Shown here one piece after another: positions 37,960 to 50,100 of a stretch of DNA of 64,000 bases. A model generated the notes under the pieces. It was given only the letters and a program-made list of their open reading frames with translations, was not told where the DNA came from and made no database searches. Position 1 is the stretch's first letter. Each line of letters begins with the position of its first letter. The position numbers were made by a program, and so were the translations under genes. The stretch lies in NCBI RefSeq assembly GCF_018977255.1, contig NW_024704793.1:186001-250000 (forward strand). Direction: 5' to 3'. Source of the DNA: Callorhinchus milii (lineage: Eukaryota).

Positions 37960-38380
37960 TACACAAGCTCCACTGCTCCCCATACCGAACAGGTCGAAAT
38001 ATGATCCTTGCATTCTTTTTCAATTCCCTTCAAGCTTTGGTTCCTCCCTACATTTCTGACATGATTACCCCCAAACCAAATCCCACTCCCACTGCTCGAC
38101 TTATTACAGCCTACGTTATGTGCCCCGTGATGCCCGTTCCACCATTGGTGACATCGCTGTCAGCCACTATTCTCCGAAACTCTGGATCACTCTTCCTCAA
38201 TCCCTTCGCCTTGCTCCTTGCTTTCCCGTCTTCTGGAACCCTGAAGATCTTTCTACTCGACCGTGCCTAAAGACACCTCCCACATCTCCTGGCCCCGGGT
38301 TCGTGCTCCACCATTGTCCAGTCCTCTGAAATGATACCCTGCGTGAGAGGTGCTGTATAATTGCCAGGTGTTTTTCTTCT
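37960..38380 (+). mobile_element. L2 3' fragment
   Basis: LVPPYISDMI...SPKLWITLPQSLRLA...LKIFLLDRA. Confidence 0.7.
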
Positions 38381-39125
38381 ACACACAACATTGACATGAC
38401 AACACTAACGTTCTGGTTGTGAGATTCCCCATCTCTGCCCTGCACAAGCGGCAGAATATCAAGAACTTGGTAACTGATGAGTTTGGAGAACGTAGCAACA
38501 TCAGCAATGTGAGACGGGAAAAGATCAAGGCCCATCTTGCTCAACTTCCACATTCCTGGCGGTTGCAGCACATATGTCCCGAACTATTTATGTGAGTATA
38601 TCACACAGTGTTATTTCCTAAAAGAGCACTATCTAATCTGTCTTTGAATAAATCATCACTTCATGCGTCAATCGTTTTACAAAGGAGCCTGTTCCACATA
38701 ATCTTTGTAATTCCATCACAGAGTTATTTTGACTCGCACACTGGCTTACCTCCTCCAAATCTGTCTCAAGACCTATCACTTTGCCGGAGCCAGGGATTAT
38801 ATTTTCCTTTCTCACCCCACTCAGCTCCAACCACCAGCTTCATCAAAACCCCCAACAATCGCCAAAAAGATCTGTCCAGCAATATATATACATGGAAAAG
38901 AAACTCTTTGCATTTTCACAGAGAAGATACAGTCATTATCTTTACAGCATATTCTGTTAAACACTTTACGAATCCTTAAACACGTGAAAAGGCACTAAAT
39001 CGAATGCAAGGATCAATGAATTTCCAAAACTCTTGTGATAAAGGGCCACATCCCATTTGTGTTACTAACTGCTTTCCACTTATCAGTGATTGAATAACTA
39101 CGCTGCGAGAGGTAAACAGTTTACA

Positions 39126-41754
39126 TTACTTAAGAAGTTTAAACATGTGTTTAAATGGATATATCACGAGATATTTTACATCCTCTCTGAATTTAGATTG
39201 TGACAAGGCATAAATGATGGTGTTTGTGCAGCAACTCAAGAGCTTAAGCATTTCGGTCACGTGGCGGACAACATATACTGGGTCTGTGTAATCTGTGTAG
39301 AAATAATTGTCTAAAGTTCGAGAAAGTATAAATTCTAAAACATACATCAGCCACAACAGGATGAAGCTGCCTGATATGGCGAAGAGTAAGATAATGGATC
39401 TCCTTCGATTCTCCATCTCTGGATCATTGCCACTTTCACTATTTTGGTTCAGGAGACTTCTGCGGATTCTGTTTGCCACTAAAATGTGTCTGACGGTCAC
39501 CACGTTCATCAGCAAAATCAGCAAGAAAGGAACAAATGGGGTTGTTATTGTTTCAAACCAGTGAAACACAATCCATGAGGGGGACGTGTGGTAAACTGTT
39601 TTGAACTTGCAATACCAAGGCACTTTTTTCACTATCTGTCTTGGCTCAAATATAAAGTACCAGGGAACAGCGATAAAACAGCTCAGAGAAGAAATCACTC
39701 CTACAACCACGGCTGCTGTCCTCTCGGTGCAATAACTGGTTTTCATTTTCACAAAACAGATGGCGACCATGCGATCAAATGTGAAAGCCACGGTGAACCA
39801 GACTGACATGTGGGTCACCGCTGTAATCAACAACATTCTGAGGGAACACAGGGGAGTGATGTCCAGAAATGTGTGAGGGAAATAAAGAGAATGGATTCGG
39901 TTGAAAATCACATCGTTGATGGCGACCAGGAAGTCACCCACTGCCATGGCCACCAGGTAGATGGTGATACATTTTGAGAGACCGCACTTTCCCCGGGACA
40001 GGACCACAATGGCCAACAGGTTCGCTGTAAAACAAAAGGAACATCAAACAGAAATATTTGCCAGTAAGCTGCGAAAGTTGATGAAATTTTGCTCGAACTG
40101 CTTTCACACAGCAGTTTCCCATGAACAACCACGGATTGAAGGGTCCAATTCTTTGACCATTTTATTCAACATATTCAAAATATTTTCAACGCTTTATTAA
40201 GCAATGCTTATCGAATCAAATCCAAGTATCTCGTTTGTCTGGCAAGGCCTCTAACCACTGAGCTACAGATATGATATAGCCATTGAACTACAGAGTAAAA
40301 AATACAAAGTTACATGTAAGATGTTAACCTTCATTCCGTGCCTGTTGCTGGTTCAGTTCGACATTATAGACCTCCTTTGACACTGCCAAGAAAGAGAAAG
40401 AACTTTCTCCAAGTTTCCTGACGAAGAATCCATCAAATTAAATTGGTAGCTCCATGTCTGTTGGCGGGACATTGCTTTGCCGTGTTTCGGCCACAAAATA
40501 AATTAAATCTCGACTTTACACTGTGAATCAGCGAATCAGTTTCAGACATCGCCATGATGTGAACGGTGCAACACGAAATGCAAGAATTATTATTTTTTAT
40601 CAACACGTTAAAACTTTAAGTCGGATACTGAAAAAAAGATCATTAAACTTCTCTCGTTAGAATTATATCACCCTGTTATAGGACCTGGGTCAAGTAAATG
40701 CATAGAATATAATTTGAAAGTTGTGGGTCATATTAATTTTAAATGTACGTTTCTTCAGATGCGATAATTACTCCGAATGTCAGCCTCCACTGATTTAGGA
40801 CGACCTTAAATATCACATTGTATTATTGTGAAAACAACAGACATCACCCACAACATAATTTAAAACGTCAAAATAAATGAAGGGATTTGAAGCACCAATA
40901 TTTGTCATCAAATTGCAAATAAACTCTATCATAATTATATGTTCCACGTAGCTATTGTATATTAAGAAAGACAGTTATGGCAATTCATGCGTTTATTAAA
41001 AGTAAGATATAATATATTTTAAAACAATTCAATCATAGCACTTATTGTCAGAGACCAACAATTTCGTGATTCTCCAATGGTTTTCTCCCTGGTCTCCCCC
41101 TCCATTCACAACAACCAACTGATTCAAAGCACTTCCACCATGTCCTTACTGCCACAATCTCCGGAATTCCACCACTCCAGTCCTCGCCAGGCTTCCCCTC
41201 CTCCTTTTCAGCAAACAAATCGCACCTGAAACACTGCAGCGATTGACAAGACCGCGGATGAGCGATCGGTGTGTTTGTTATCAGGATTGGACGCAGGCGG
41301 GCAATTTGGTAGAGGAGGGAAAAAATGGTTTCGTCATGGAAAGGACATGTGCTGGAAGGATCGCACTTGACTCCTCAGTTACTGATGGGTTTGGTGAGTC
41401 TGAGCGAGAGCTCCGGGAGGTTGGAAAGTTCCAACCCGCAGGAGGGAAGTGCGTTGACGGAGGCAAACTCTGTGGCTTCCGAATGCCGACATTCGGCGAC
41501 TGATAGTTTGCACTGATCCAAGCCTTGATATCCCTCAAAACATTGACAGGACATTAGCGGGCCAGGAGTCGAAGCTGGAGTCCGAAACCTAGAGTCGTAT
41601 GCCATTCAAAAATACGTGATACAACGGGGTATAAGTACAAGTGTAATTAATTACCAGTAATCCCAACAGTTGCCAACAGTGGATAGTAAACTAATATTGT
41701 CTGAAAAATTGTGGGCCAAAAGTGCAGTGGATAATCGCCTAAAGCTCGCAACAT
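39126..41754 (-). CDS. GPR139/GPR142-like class A orphan GPCR copy 2, intact, 332 aa (exons 41754-41655, 40024-39126)
   Basis: Exon 1 MLRALGDYPLHFWPTIFQTILVYYPLLATVGIT|gtaatt (gaccATG) in phase 1 to ttacag|CG AAC; FTFDRMVAIC, NTIIYALSQ; 999 nt in frame; TATAAA at 41831-41826. Confidence 0.92.
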
Positions 41755-43733
41755 GGTCTACGAACAGATTGGAGGCTGCCAGTGCTGGAAAGAGCATATC
41801 AGACTCACACTCAAAATTGCCAGCCTTTATATCCCAGAAGTTTCTCCACTGATTTGTGCAAATGACTGTAAGTAACATTAGTGTTCAGTTTCTGGCACGA
41901 ACTGCTGACTCGATTCCTTGGTGTTGGTAAGCAGGATCTCTTGGGGCTGAGCTAAATTTAAGCTGAAGTGTTCAGCAACAACAAGCTGGAATGCAATCAA
42001 ACCTGCGCAGTGGTCAGTGTCTGTGTCTGAGTTGTGCAGGTTGCTGGATGCCCTTAGTGCCTGTTTGAAGCTTGCAGCCTGTTGTTTCGAAGCTATGTCA
42101 CATTTATTGCTAAGTTATGCTGCTCACCATGAATGTGGTTGAGAGCGTAGGGTATCTGCTCTCCACCCAATGAGGGCTCAAAGGGTTTCTTTGATGCCAC
42201 ACCACAAACATCCAAGTCACTGCTGGTGTCATAATTGATCAAGTGAGTTCATCAGCCCACCTCTCACGAGGGTAGATGTTCTTCCTATCTTGTGTCTCTT
42301 TTCAATCCAACAATAAATATTATTTATGAGTTGGGTATTACTTGCTGGACAATCAGCAGGAAGCTTGCCAGATGTTCCTCTCAATGGCAAGCTTGCGGTT
42401 CTAAACTGGTTGAAGTCCAGCCGAGCTCAATCACACAACGTGTTTTGGTTCCTCTGCTAATAGGTATACTCGTTTGTCAGAGAAATGTCCAACCAAACAA
42501 CAGGTGATCCCCATGTAACAGTCACTAAAGTGGACCTCATCCCTGATGCTGCTCTTGTGCATCTTCTCTGCATCTATTCCAATGCCATATTGTTCCCTAT
42601 TATGAGGAAGTGCAAATCGATCATGTGGCTTCAGTTTCAATTTAATCAATGATAAAACACCTGCGCCATTCTCAGTTGACTTTGGTGCTGTATGGTTTTA
42701 AATATATAAATTTCAACACTGTCATGTTTCCCGCAAACACTTTGGACACCCAATATTGGGAAACAACTGCTCGCTGCCGCTTTCAGTTGATCAGTTGCTG
42801 CTCGTTACCAACTCATTTTGCTCCTCTGCGCCTCGCAGAATAATGTCCTTCAGTATATATTGCCCTTCCCTCTTCTTTTCTTGCGAGCTATTGGGATTAT
42901 TCCAGTGATCACCACCATATTGAGTTTCAATATGGACCATGTATTTTCCACTCATGAAACGGATATAGAATTGTAATGAAGGCACGACTGCCAATGCAAA
43001 AGCACAACGCATTTTACTGTCACATTGCAGCTTTACATATCATGCAATCATCATCTTAAATCAGGTATAACAGCAATTGACCCGCATTGCAAACTGCCAT
43101 GAAGTAGCCGTCACAAACTCGATGGGCAGAATATCCTCCTTTTTCGCTGTACAATTCTATGATTCTGTGAAACTAATTCCACAGATTTTCGAAGCGGATT
43201 TATCGTATCAGAAATTCCACAGTTACAGTCATTCGCTGACATAAACATCGAACTTCCAATAATCTTTTCATTTTATTTAGCGCCTTGAGAAGTGTTGAGT
43301 GAATGAGGGAGCGACATAAAGGGAATTTGTTGTCGTTGTGAACCCGCCCACCTATCACCACTTATATTTATACAACGAGGGGAATATTAAATACCTCTCA
43401 ACACAAAAATCATGTTCACTTATGTTAACAGAGTCAGTAAATCTTTAACAAATTCCGGGTTGAAATGTTGCAGTAAACCTGGGCTGCCAAATTTTCAAGA
43501 TATTTTGTGGATGGGTTTGTGCGGGTGTGAGGAGGGAACGAGGGTGTGGTTGGGGTGGAAATGAACTTGATGGGGTTTCCCAAACCCGGAAAAAAACAGT
43601 TTGAAAAATAAAGGACTGAATGCCAAGGGGAAGGGGAGAAATTCACAAACTGAAGTACCACTGTGAAACACTGATAGAAACCATTTGCGATAAGAAGGCT
43701 TGTGCAGCACAGGCAGAGTATATGAAGCTCTTA

Positions 43734-43844
43734 TTAGGTATTCTGAAGATCTGCGTAGAGAACGTTTTGACTGTCATTCCATGTTCTTGGTGGTGCTTGG
43801 CTCAAAGCGTTCAGGTTAATCGAAGCGTAAACAAGGGGAATGTC
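43734..43844 (-). CDS. Terminal exon with two ITIMs
   Basis: ctctgaacag|DIPLVYASINLNALSQAPPRTWNDSQNVLYADLQNT*; LVYASI and VLYADL match (I/V/L/S)xYxx(L/V/I). Confidence 0.85.
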   Translation of the reverse strand, partial: DIPLVYASINLNALSQAPPRTWNDSQNVLYADLQNT

Positions 43845-44147
43845 CTGTTCAGAGATCAAACGTAATAATAATGTAACTTCCATACCACATAGAGGCCTGA
43901 CAATAATCGCTCCCCCAAAAAAATCAATGTATTATTCATTTTCAATTGTTTGCGGGACACTGTTGTGCGCAATTGGCTGCCGCGTTTCGCTTAGAAATAT
44001 ACGGATATTTCACTTTACAGCATATGCTGTGATGCACTTTGAGACTTCTACAAGACGTGAAAAGCGCTATATCAAATGCAAGGATTATTATTATTGACCC
44101 TATCCCGTCTGGTTCATGACTCGTCTGTGTTGGAGATCACACGATTG

Positions 44148-44179
<32 letters not shown>

Positions 44180-44184
44180 ACCTC

Positions 44185-44425
44185 ATCTATATAGAGGTGT
44201 CACGGTTAGGACAATAATATGTCGGAGTTTCAATGTTAATAGCACACGATATAGATGTGCAAAAGTTAATATCAGAATAGGTGTGATTGTTAATACAGGT
44301 CGATATTGGTGGTGCCACTGAAATATCGCACTATATAGAGATGTTACTGTTAATAAAGCGCGATACAGATGTGTCACTTTTAATATCAGAAGATACCGAT
44401 GTGTCACCGTTAATACCAGACTGTA
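44185..44425. repeat. About 30-bp degenerate minisatellite
   Basis: Repeated atatagatgtgtcac.gttaata. Confidence 0.65.
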
Positions 44426-44919
44426 TAATAATAGTCCTTGCATTCGATGCAGTGCTAGACCACAGCGATTAGCAGAATATATTGTAACATGTAATGGCTG
44501 TGTATTTTGGGGGCAGCCAAATGTTCACAGCAGTGTTTCCCAAACATTCGTGGATTGAGTAACCAAATTATTATTATCTATTCTTGGAATTATTACACTG
44601 CGAAGGAAATGCTCCATGCAAATAACAACCTACTTGCTGCTGGGAAAGTTTTCCAACATCAGCAACTTTAATTTATATGCTAACCTTCACGTAGGGTAGC
44701 AAGCCAGAACAAGTGACAGTGGTAGATAAGAGGGAGGTTACCGTAAACATGGTCAAAGAGAAAGTTGTTCTGGTGTAATCTGAAGAATGGGATGGATGGG
44801 ATAAGGATGGTGATTTGAGGGAATGTTTTGGTGGGAGAAATGGAGCGCGTTATTGTGGTACAAACAGAAGCCCGGAAATAGTTAATAGGAAGCAGCTAGT
44901 AATGGATTGGAGAGAATAA

Positions 44920-45560
44920 AGGTGTGAAATGGAGACGGATTGAGAATTGGGTGAGTCAGGAGTTGGATTGCGGTTTAGGGCGGAGATGGGCAGATAATTG
45001 GGTGAGTCAGTGAATGGTTTGATGTGTGAGAGGGAGATGGATAGAGATATGGGGCATTCAGGGGTTTGATTAATATGTCAGATGGAGATTTGTGAAGGTA
45101 TTGTGGAGACAGGGATGTATAGAGACTTGGGGTGTCAGGGAAATATTTAGGTCAAATGTGAGATAGATAGGTACTTGGGGGACTCAGGGAAGGATGTGGC
45201 TCTAAATGTAAGATAGATAGATACTTCCGGGAGTCAGGGAAGGATTTAGGTCTAAATGGGAGAAGGAGAGAAGTGTGGGTGTCAGGTAAGGATTTCGGTC
45301 TTAATGGAGATACCGAAATACTTGGGGGTTCAGGGAAGGAGCTACCTCTAAATGGAAGATAGAGAGATACTTAGGGATTCAGGGGATAGACTGTGGTGTG
45401 AAAGGGAAATGGATGGAGGCTTGGAATGGCGGTGTGAAAGGATGGATTGAGGTGTCAGTTGGAGATGGGTAGAGACTTGGGGGTATCAGGGAATGGATTT
45501 AATTAAGTAAGATTGGAGAAATACGGAGATGTCCGAGATGAATGGATTTGAAACACGTGT
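44920..45560. repeat. Inverted (GA-rich) block of the same about 50-bp minisatellite
   Basis: gggagatggatagagatatgggg and ggagatgggtagagacttggggg are the reverse complement of the 47-55 kb monomer. Confidence 0.8.
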
Positions 45561-45574
45561 GAAGATCTTCAAAC

Positions 45575-46475
45575 CGTTGATTCCATGTGTGTCAGACACT
45601 CGGCTGATCACGGTGACGCGTTACAGTGTGTTTCGGTGTGTCAGACACCCGGCTGTACAGATTGACAGGATTCCGTGTGTGTCAGACACCTGGCTGATCA
45701 AAGTGAATCATTATTATGGTGTATGTCAGATAACCAGCTGATCAGGGTGATGTGTTTCCGTGTGTGTGTGCGTGTGTCAGATCCGGTTGATTACAGTTGT
45801 AGGTAAGAAACAGTGGCGCCTATCGAGCATTGGTGTGATGTGCAGTACGGGGATTGGTTTGTGATAGGGAGCAATTGGAGCCTTCGGAGGATTGATATGA
45901 TGGGGAAGCAGAGTTTAGTGCACATGATGTGGAGCCAGTGGAGCCTGGCGTGGACTGCTCAGAAGGGGTTTTAGAGTGTAGAGTGTGAAAGGCAGCCAGT
46001 GGAGATCTGCGTGGTCTGGTATGAAGGGGTACGGTGTGTAGTGTTTATAATAGGGCGCCAGCGGAGCCCAGTGAGTTCTGCGGTGATGGGAGTTCAGTGC
46101 GGGAGATTGTGAAGTGGTTGGAGGAATGTGTGAAGAGGATTTTATGGATGGCAGTGCTGATGAGACCAGCGAGGAGGATACTGGAATTTGGAAGTGTCTC
46201 AATGATCTTACCGGACTGTTACCCTGTCCGGATGAGCTGTCAGCGCCGCCTGTCAACAAAATAGATATATGGTGCATTAGTCAATGGGAATCCATCTTCT
46301 GAAACATTCCGCTGCTCAATTTTCAATAGCGTCAAAATTTGGGCGTTATTTTCCACTGTGTGTGTGTCAGAAACCCGATTGATAACAGTGACGGGTTTCG
46401 CTGTGTGTCAGTTACCTTGATGATCATGGTAACGGGTTTCAGTGTTTGCGTGTGTGCGTATGTGTGCACGTGTGT

Positions 46476-46506
<31 letters not shown>

Positions 46507-46605
46507 AGACATTGTCTGCGTAAGACCCATGGCTGATTGAAGTCATAGGTTTCCGTGTGTGTCAGACACCCAGCTAATCGTAGTGACTGGTATGCGTAGG
46601 TCAGA
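45575..46605. repeat. About 40-bp minisatellite (ccgtgtgtgtcagacacccggctgatc...) in two blocks either side of an old L2-like fragment and the cytoplasmic exon
   Basis: Repeated gtgtcagacacc(c/t)ggctga at 45575-45795 and 46345-46605. Confidence 0.7.
46212..46249 (-). CDS. Short cytoplasmic exon of the IgSF receptor
   Basis: Branch point tgactaat, acceptor ttttgttgacag|, GGADSSSGQGNSP, donor |gtaaga; 38 nt converts phase 1 to phase 0 as the model requires. Confidence 0.75.
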
Positions 46606-46635
46606 CAACGAGAGGAAAAAAAAATACACAGATAC

Positions 46636-46740
46636 CTTGTTTCTTGAATACCACGAAGTAAAGGACGGTAGACAATGTTGTGATCAATAGAATACAGCCG
46701 ATTATCACTGGTAAAATTATCTTCATCTGTGTGGGTTTTT
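46636..46740 (-). CDS. Transmembrane exon of the IgSF receptor
   Basis: EKPTQMKIILPVIIGCILLITTLSTVLYFVVFKKQ, 105 nt, donor AAG|gtatct; uncharged TM followed by KK; the acceptor (ttttttgggag) is atypical. Confidence 0.8.
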
Positions 46741-47129
46741 CTCCCAAAAAAATATTAATTATAATCATTGCATTTGATATAGCGGCTCATCACGTCTTCG
46801 AGAACTTTCATTGTACTTCATAACATATACGTAAAGTTAGTCAATGTTTATTTAGTGGTTGTAACTTAGGAGCCAATTGCGAAAACCAGTGTTTCACAAC
46901 CAGTCGTGCTTTGAGTGAATATAGTAGTTCTAAAAAATATATATTTGAAGAGATTGTTATCCTCGGAAACCGATCTGTCAATCGACCAACCGGGTTACTT
47001 ACTGCTAGGTAAAGAGAGGCGTGCGAAGACAGAAAACTTGCCTCCGGTTTATCCCTGCCCGGAAAACAAACGCAGGTCCTCTCACTTGTGTAATATTACG
47101 CTTTTGTACTTCACAGAGTGTTATCAGAG

Positions 47130-50100
47130 ATGACACACAAACAGGCATACACACACGCAGACACAAGCAAAAACGCACACTTACACTCAAACACACACAC
47201 AAATACACAATTACTCGCTTACACACGCAAGCCCCTCCCGCCCCACACAGATCCATACACAAACACTTTCACACTCATACTTGCATATACGCAGACACAC
47301 TGAATCCTCAACAGCTCAAGCCGTCTCACTCTCACATCTCAATTAATCTCCTGACTCCCCTGAAATCTCTGTCCATCTCCTTTTCGCAATTCTATTAAAC
47401 CCCTGACTCCGCAACGTGTCCATCCATCTCCTTCTACTACCTCAATCATTCACTGAAAGCATACGTCTCTATCCATTTCCCTCTTGCTATTCAGTCTATA
47501 AATTATGTTTTTTATTAATACATTAACGCCTAATTCTGTGGATATTCCCTTTGTAGTTGGATGAGTGGTTGTGATATCCACAAGTATTAAATTGAAAAGT
47601 TTTCCAATCGTTGATCACAGCACTATGCTCCAAATCAATGGATAGGCTCCTTGTTCTCCACTGCTAACTAAATCTCAATCTGCAACGTCTCACAACTCAA
47701 GCCGTCTCCTCATTCCTCAAGACTGTATCCATCTTCCTCTCACACATTCGTTCATCTCCTGATACACTCACATGTCTATCCATAGCCTTCTCGCAACTGA
47801 ATCCACCCCCAGACAACCCCAGTTCTCTATCCATCTCCCTCTTGCAACTTAATACATTCCCTGACTTCCAAGAATCAATCAGTCTCCCCCATGATCTTCA
47901 ATCTATTAAGTAGTACCATTAATCTTAATAATGCATCATTATTCTTAATAATTATATCGTTATTCAGTATCAGTATTCTTAATAATGATATCTGGCCTCT
48001 TGAGTCTTAGCTCATTCGTTTTGTCTTTGGAGGAAACGTTGAGTTATCTAAAAAATAAATTGAAAGCTTGTTGAATTCCAGTCACCTCAATGGATTCCCC
48101 ATCTCCTCAAGTCTCTATTTGTCTTCTTCTCCCACCTGACTCCATGCCATGACTCCCCTAAAATGCTATCGATCGTCTTCTTCCACTTCAATCAATCACC
48201 TGGCTCCTCCAATCCTCTAGCCATCTCCCATGTACACGTTTATCCTTCCACTGAAACACCAACATCTCACTCCAATCTCCCACTCTTACGTGAATCCATC
48301 ACCTGGATCCTCGAAATCTCTATCCGTCTCCCTCTTACACTTCAATTCATACCCTGATTTCTGCAAGTCTCTATCCACCTCCATATCGCAAATGAATCAA
48401 TCCCCTGGGTCCTCAACGTATATATTCAACTCCCTCTTGTACCTCAAACATCCCCCGCTAACACAGGGCTCTATCCATATTCCTCCTGTACATCAATCTA
48501 TCCATTATTGGCAATAGTATCTACCTAGTTATTCTATGTTCATACAGGTTGTATTTTGGTGAATAGTTGAGATAGCTAAAAACATTTTTTAAAGATTTAA
48601 CATTAGTTCAACAGTTGATAATCGCAGGATGCTCTAACAAAATGGATAAGCCTCGCTGCTCTCCCCTGCTAAGGCAGTCTCAATCGGAAACCTCTCCAAA
48701 CTCAATTGATCCACTACATCCTCAATGCACTGTCCATTTCCCACTCACAACTCAATCCGTCCCCTAATTCCCCCACGTCTCTATCCATCTCCCACTCACA
48801 CCTCATTCAATCTTGACTTCACCATGTCTCTATCCATCTACCTATCAAACGGTAATCGATCCTTGACTCCCAAGTCAATTCACGTGTCTCGAGCACCGCA
48901 ATCCACCCGACGACTCACCGAAGTCTCAGTTATTCTCCATCTTGCAACGCAAACCATCCTCTGACTTCCTCAAATTTTTATCCATCTCCACCTTGCACTT
49001 CAGTTCGTACGCTGACTTCCACAAGCTATACTCACATACATCTCGCAAAACAATCAAACGCTTGAATCCCCTAAGCGTCTATTAATCTCCGTCTTGTATT
49101 TCAGACGCCGCATGAACACACAAGTATCTATCCATCTCACTCTTGCACATCAAACTATTATCTATTTTTATTATCTTACGTTTTGAACCTATGCTCATCC
49201 AGTTTGTTGATCGGGGAATGTTTGAGGTCGCCAAGTATGTTTTTATTGAAAAGAAATGACTCACAAACAGACATACAAAACAAACAGACACACCGCACAG
49301 ACACACTCTTGCACATTCTCACACACACGAACACACACTTACACGCGCAAGCCCCCCCACCACACAGCGACATTCGCACTCACACTTACATAGTCACACA
49401 CACTACTCACCAGCTCAAGCCATATCCCTCTCACAACTCAACTGATCTCCTGACTCCCCCAAATCTCGATCCATCTGCTTCTCTCAACTCAATCAAACCC
49501 CTGACTCCCCCATCTCTCTACCCGTCTCCCTATTGTAACTCAATCATTCATTGAAAATACAACTCTCTATACATCTCCCTCTCGCACCTCAGTCTGTCAA
49601 TGTTTTTTATCATTAATACTATAAAATTTGATTCTGTGCTCATTCCCTTTTTTATTTAGGGGAACGGTTGAGTTAACCGACAGAATTAAATTGTCCAACC
49701 GTTGATCACAGCACGTCGCTCTAAAATAATGAATTAGGCTCTTTGTTTACCACTGCTAACTAACTTTCCGTCTTCAGCGTCTCACATCTCAAACCATCCC
49801 TTAACTCTTCAAGACTCTATCCATCTCCCTCTCACACATTCATTCATCCCCTGACATATCTTCATTTCCATCCATATCCTTCTCGCAACTCAATCTGTCC
49901 CCTGACATCCCCAAGTTTCTTTCCATCTCACTCTTACAACTTTACCCAACCTCTGACTCACCAACATCTCAATCCATTTCCCACTCATACGTCATACGCC
50001 TGATTCTCTAAATCCCTATCCATCTTCCTCTTCCAACTCAATTCATACCCTGACGTCAGCAAGTCTCTATCCACTTTCCTCTCGTAACTGAATCATTCCG

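Noticed and set aside
41060-42900. Possible Penelope or DNA-transposon remnants around GPCR copy 2 exon 1
   Set aside because: No diagnostic motif or terminal repeat could be read with confidence
43886-43896. 11-nt alternative cytoplasmic exon
   Set aside because: Lies inside a SINE and would leave an intron of only about 40 nt; 46249-46212 fits better
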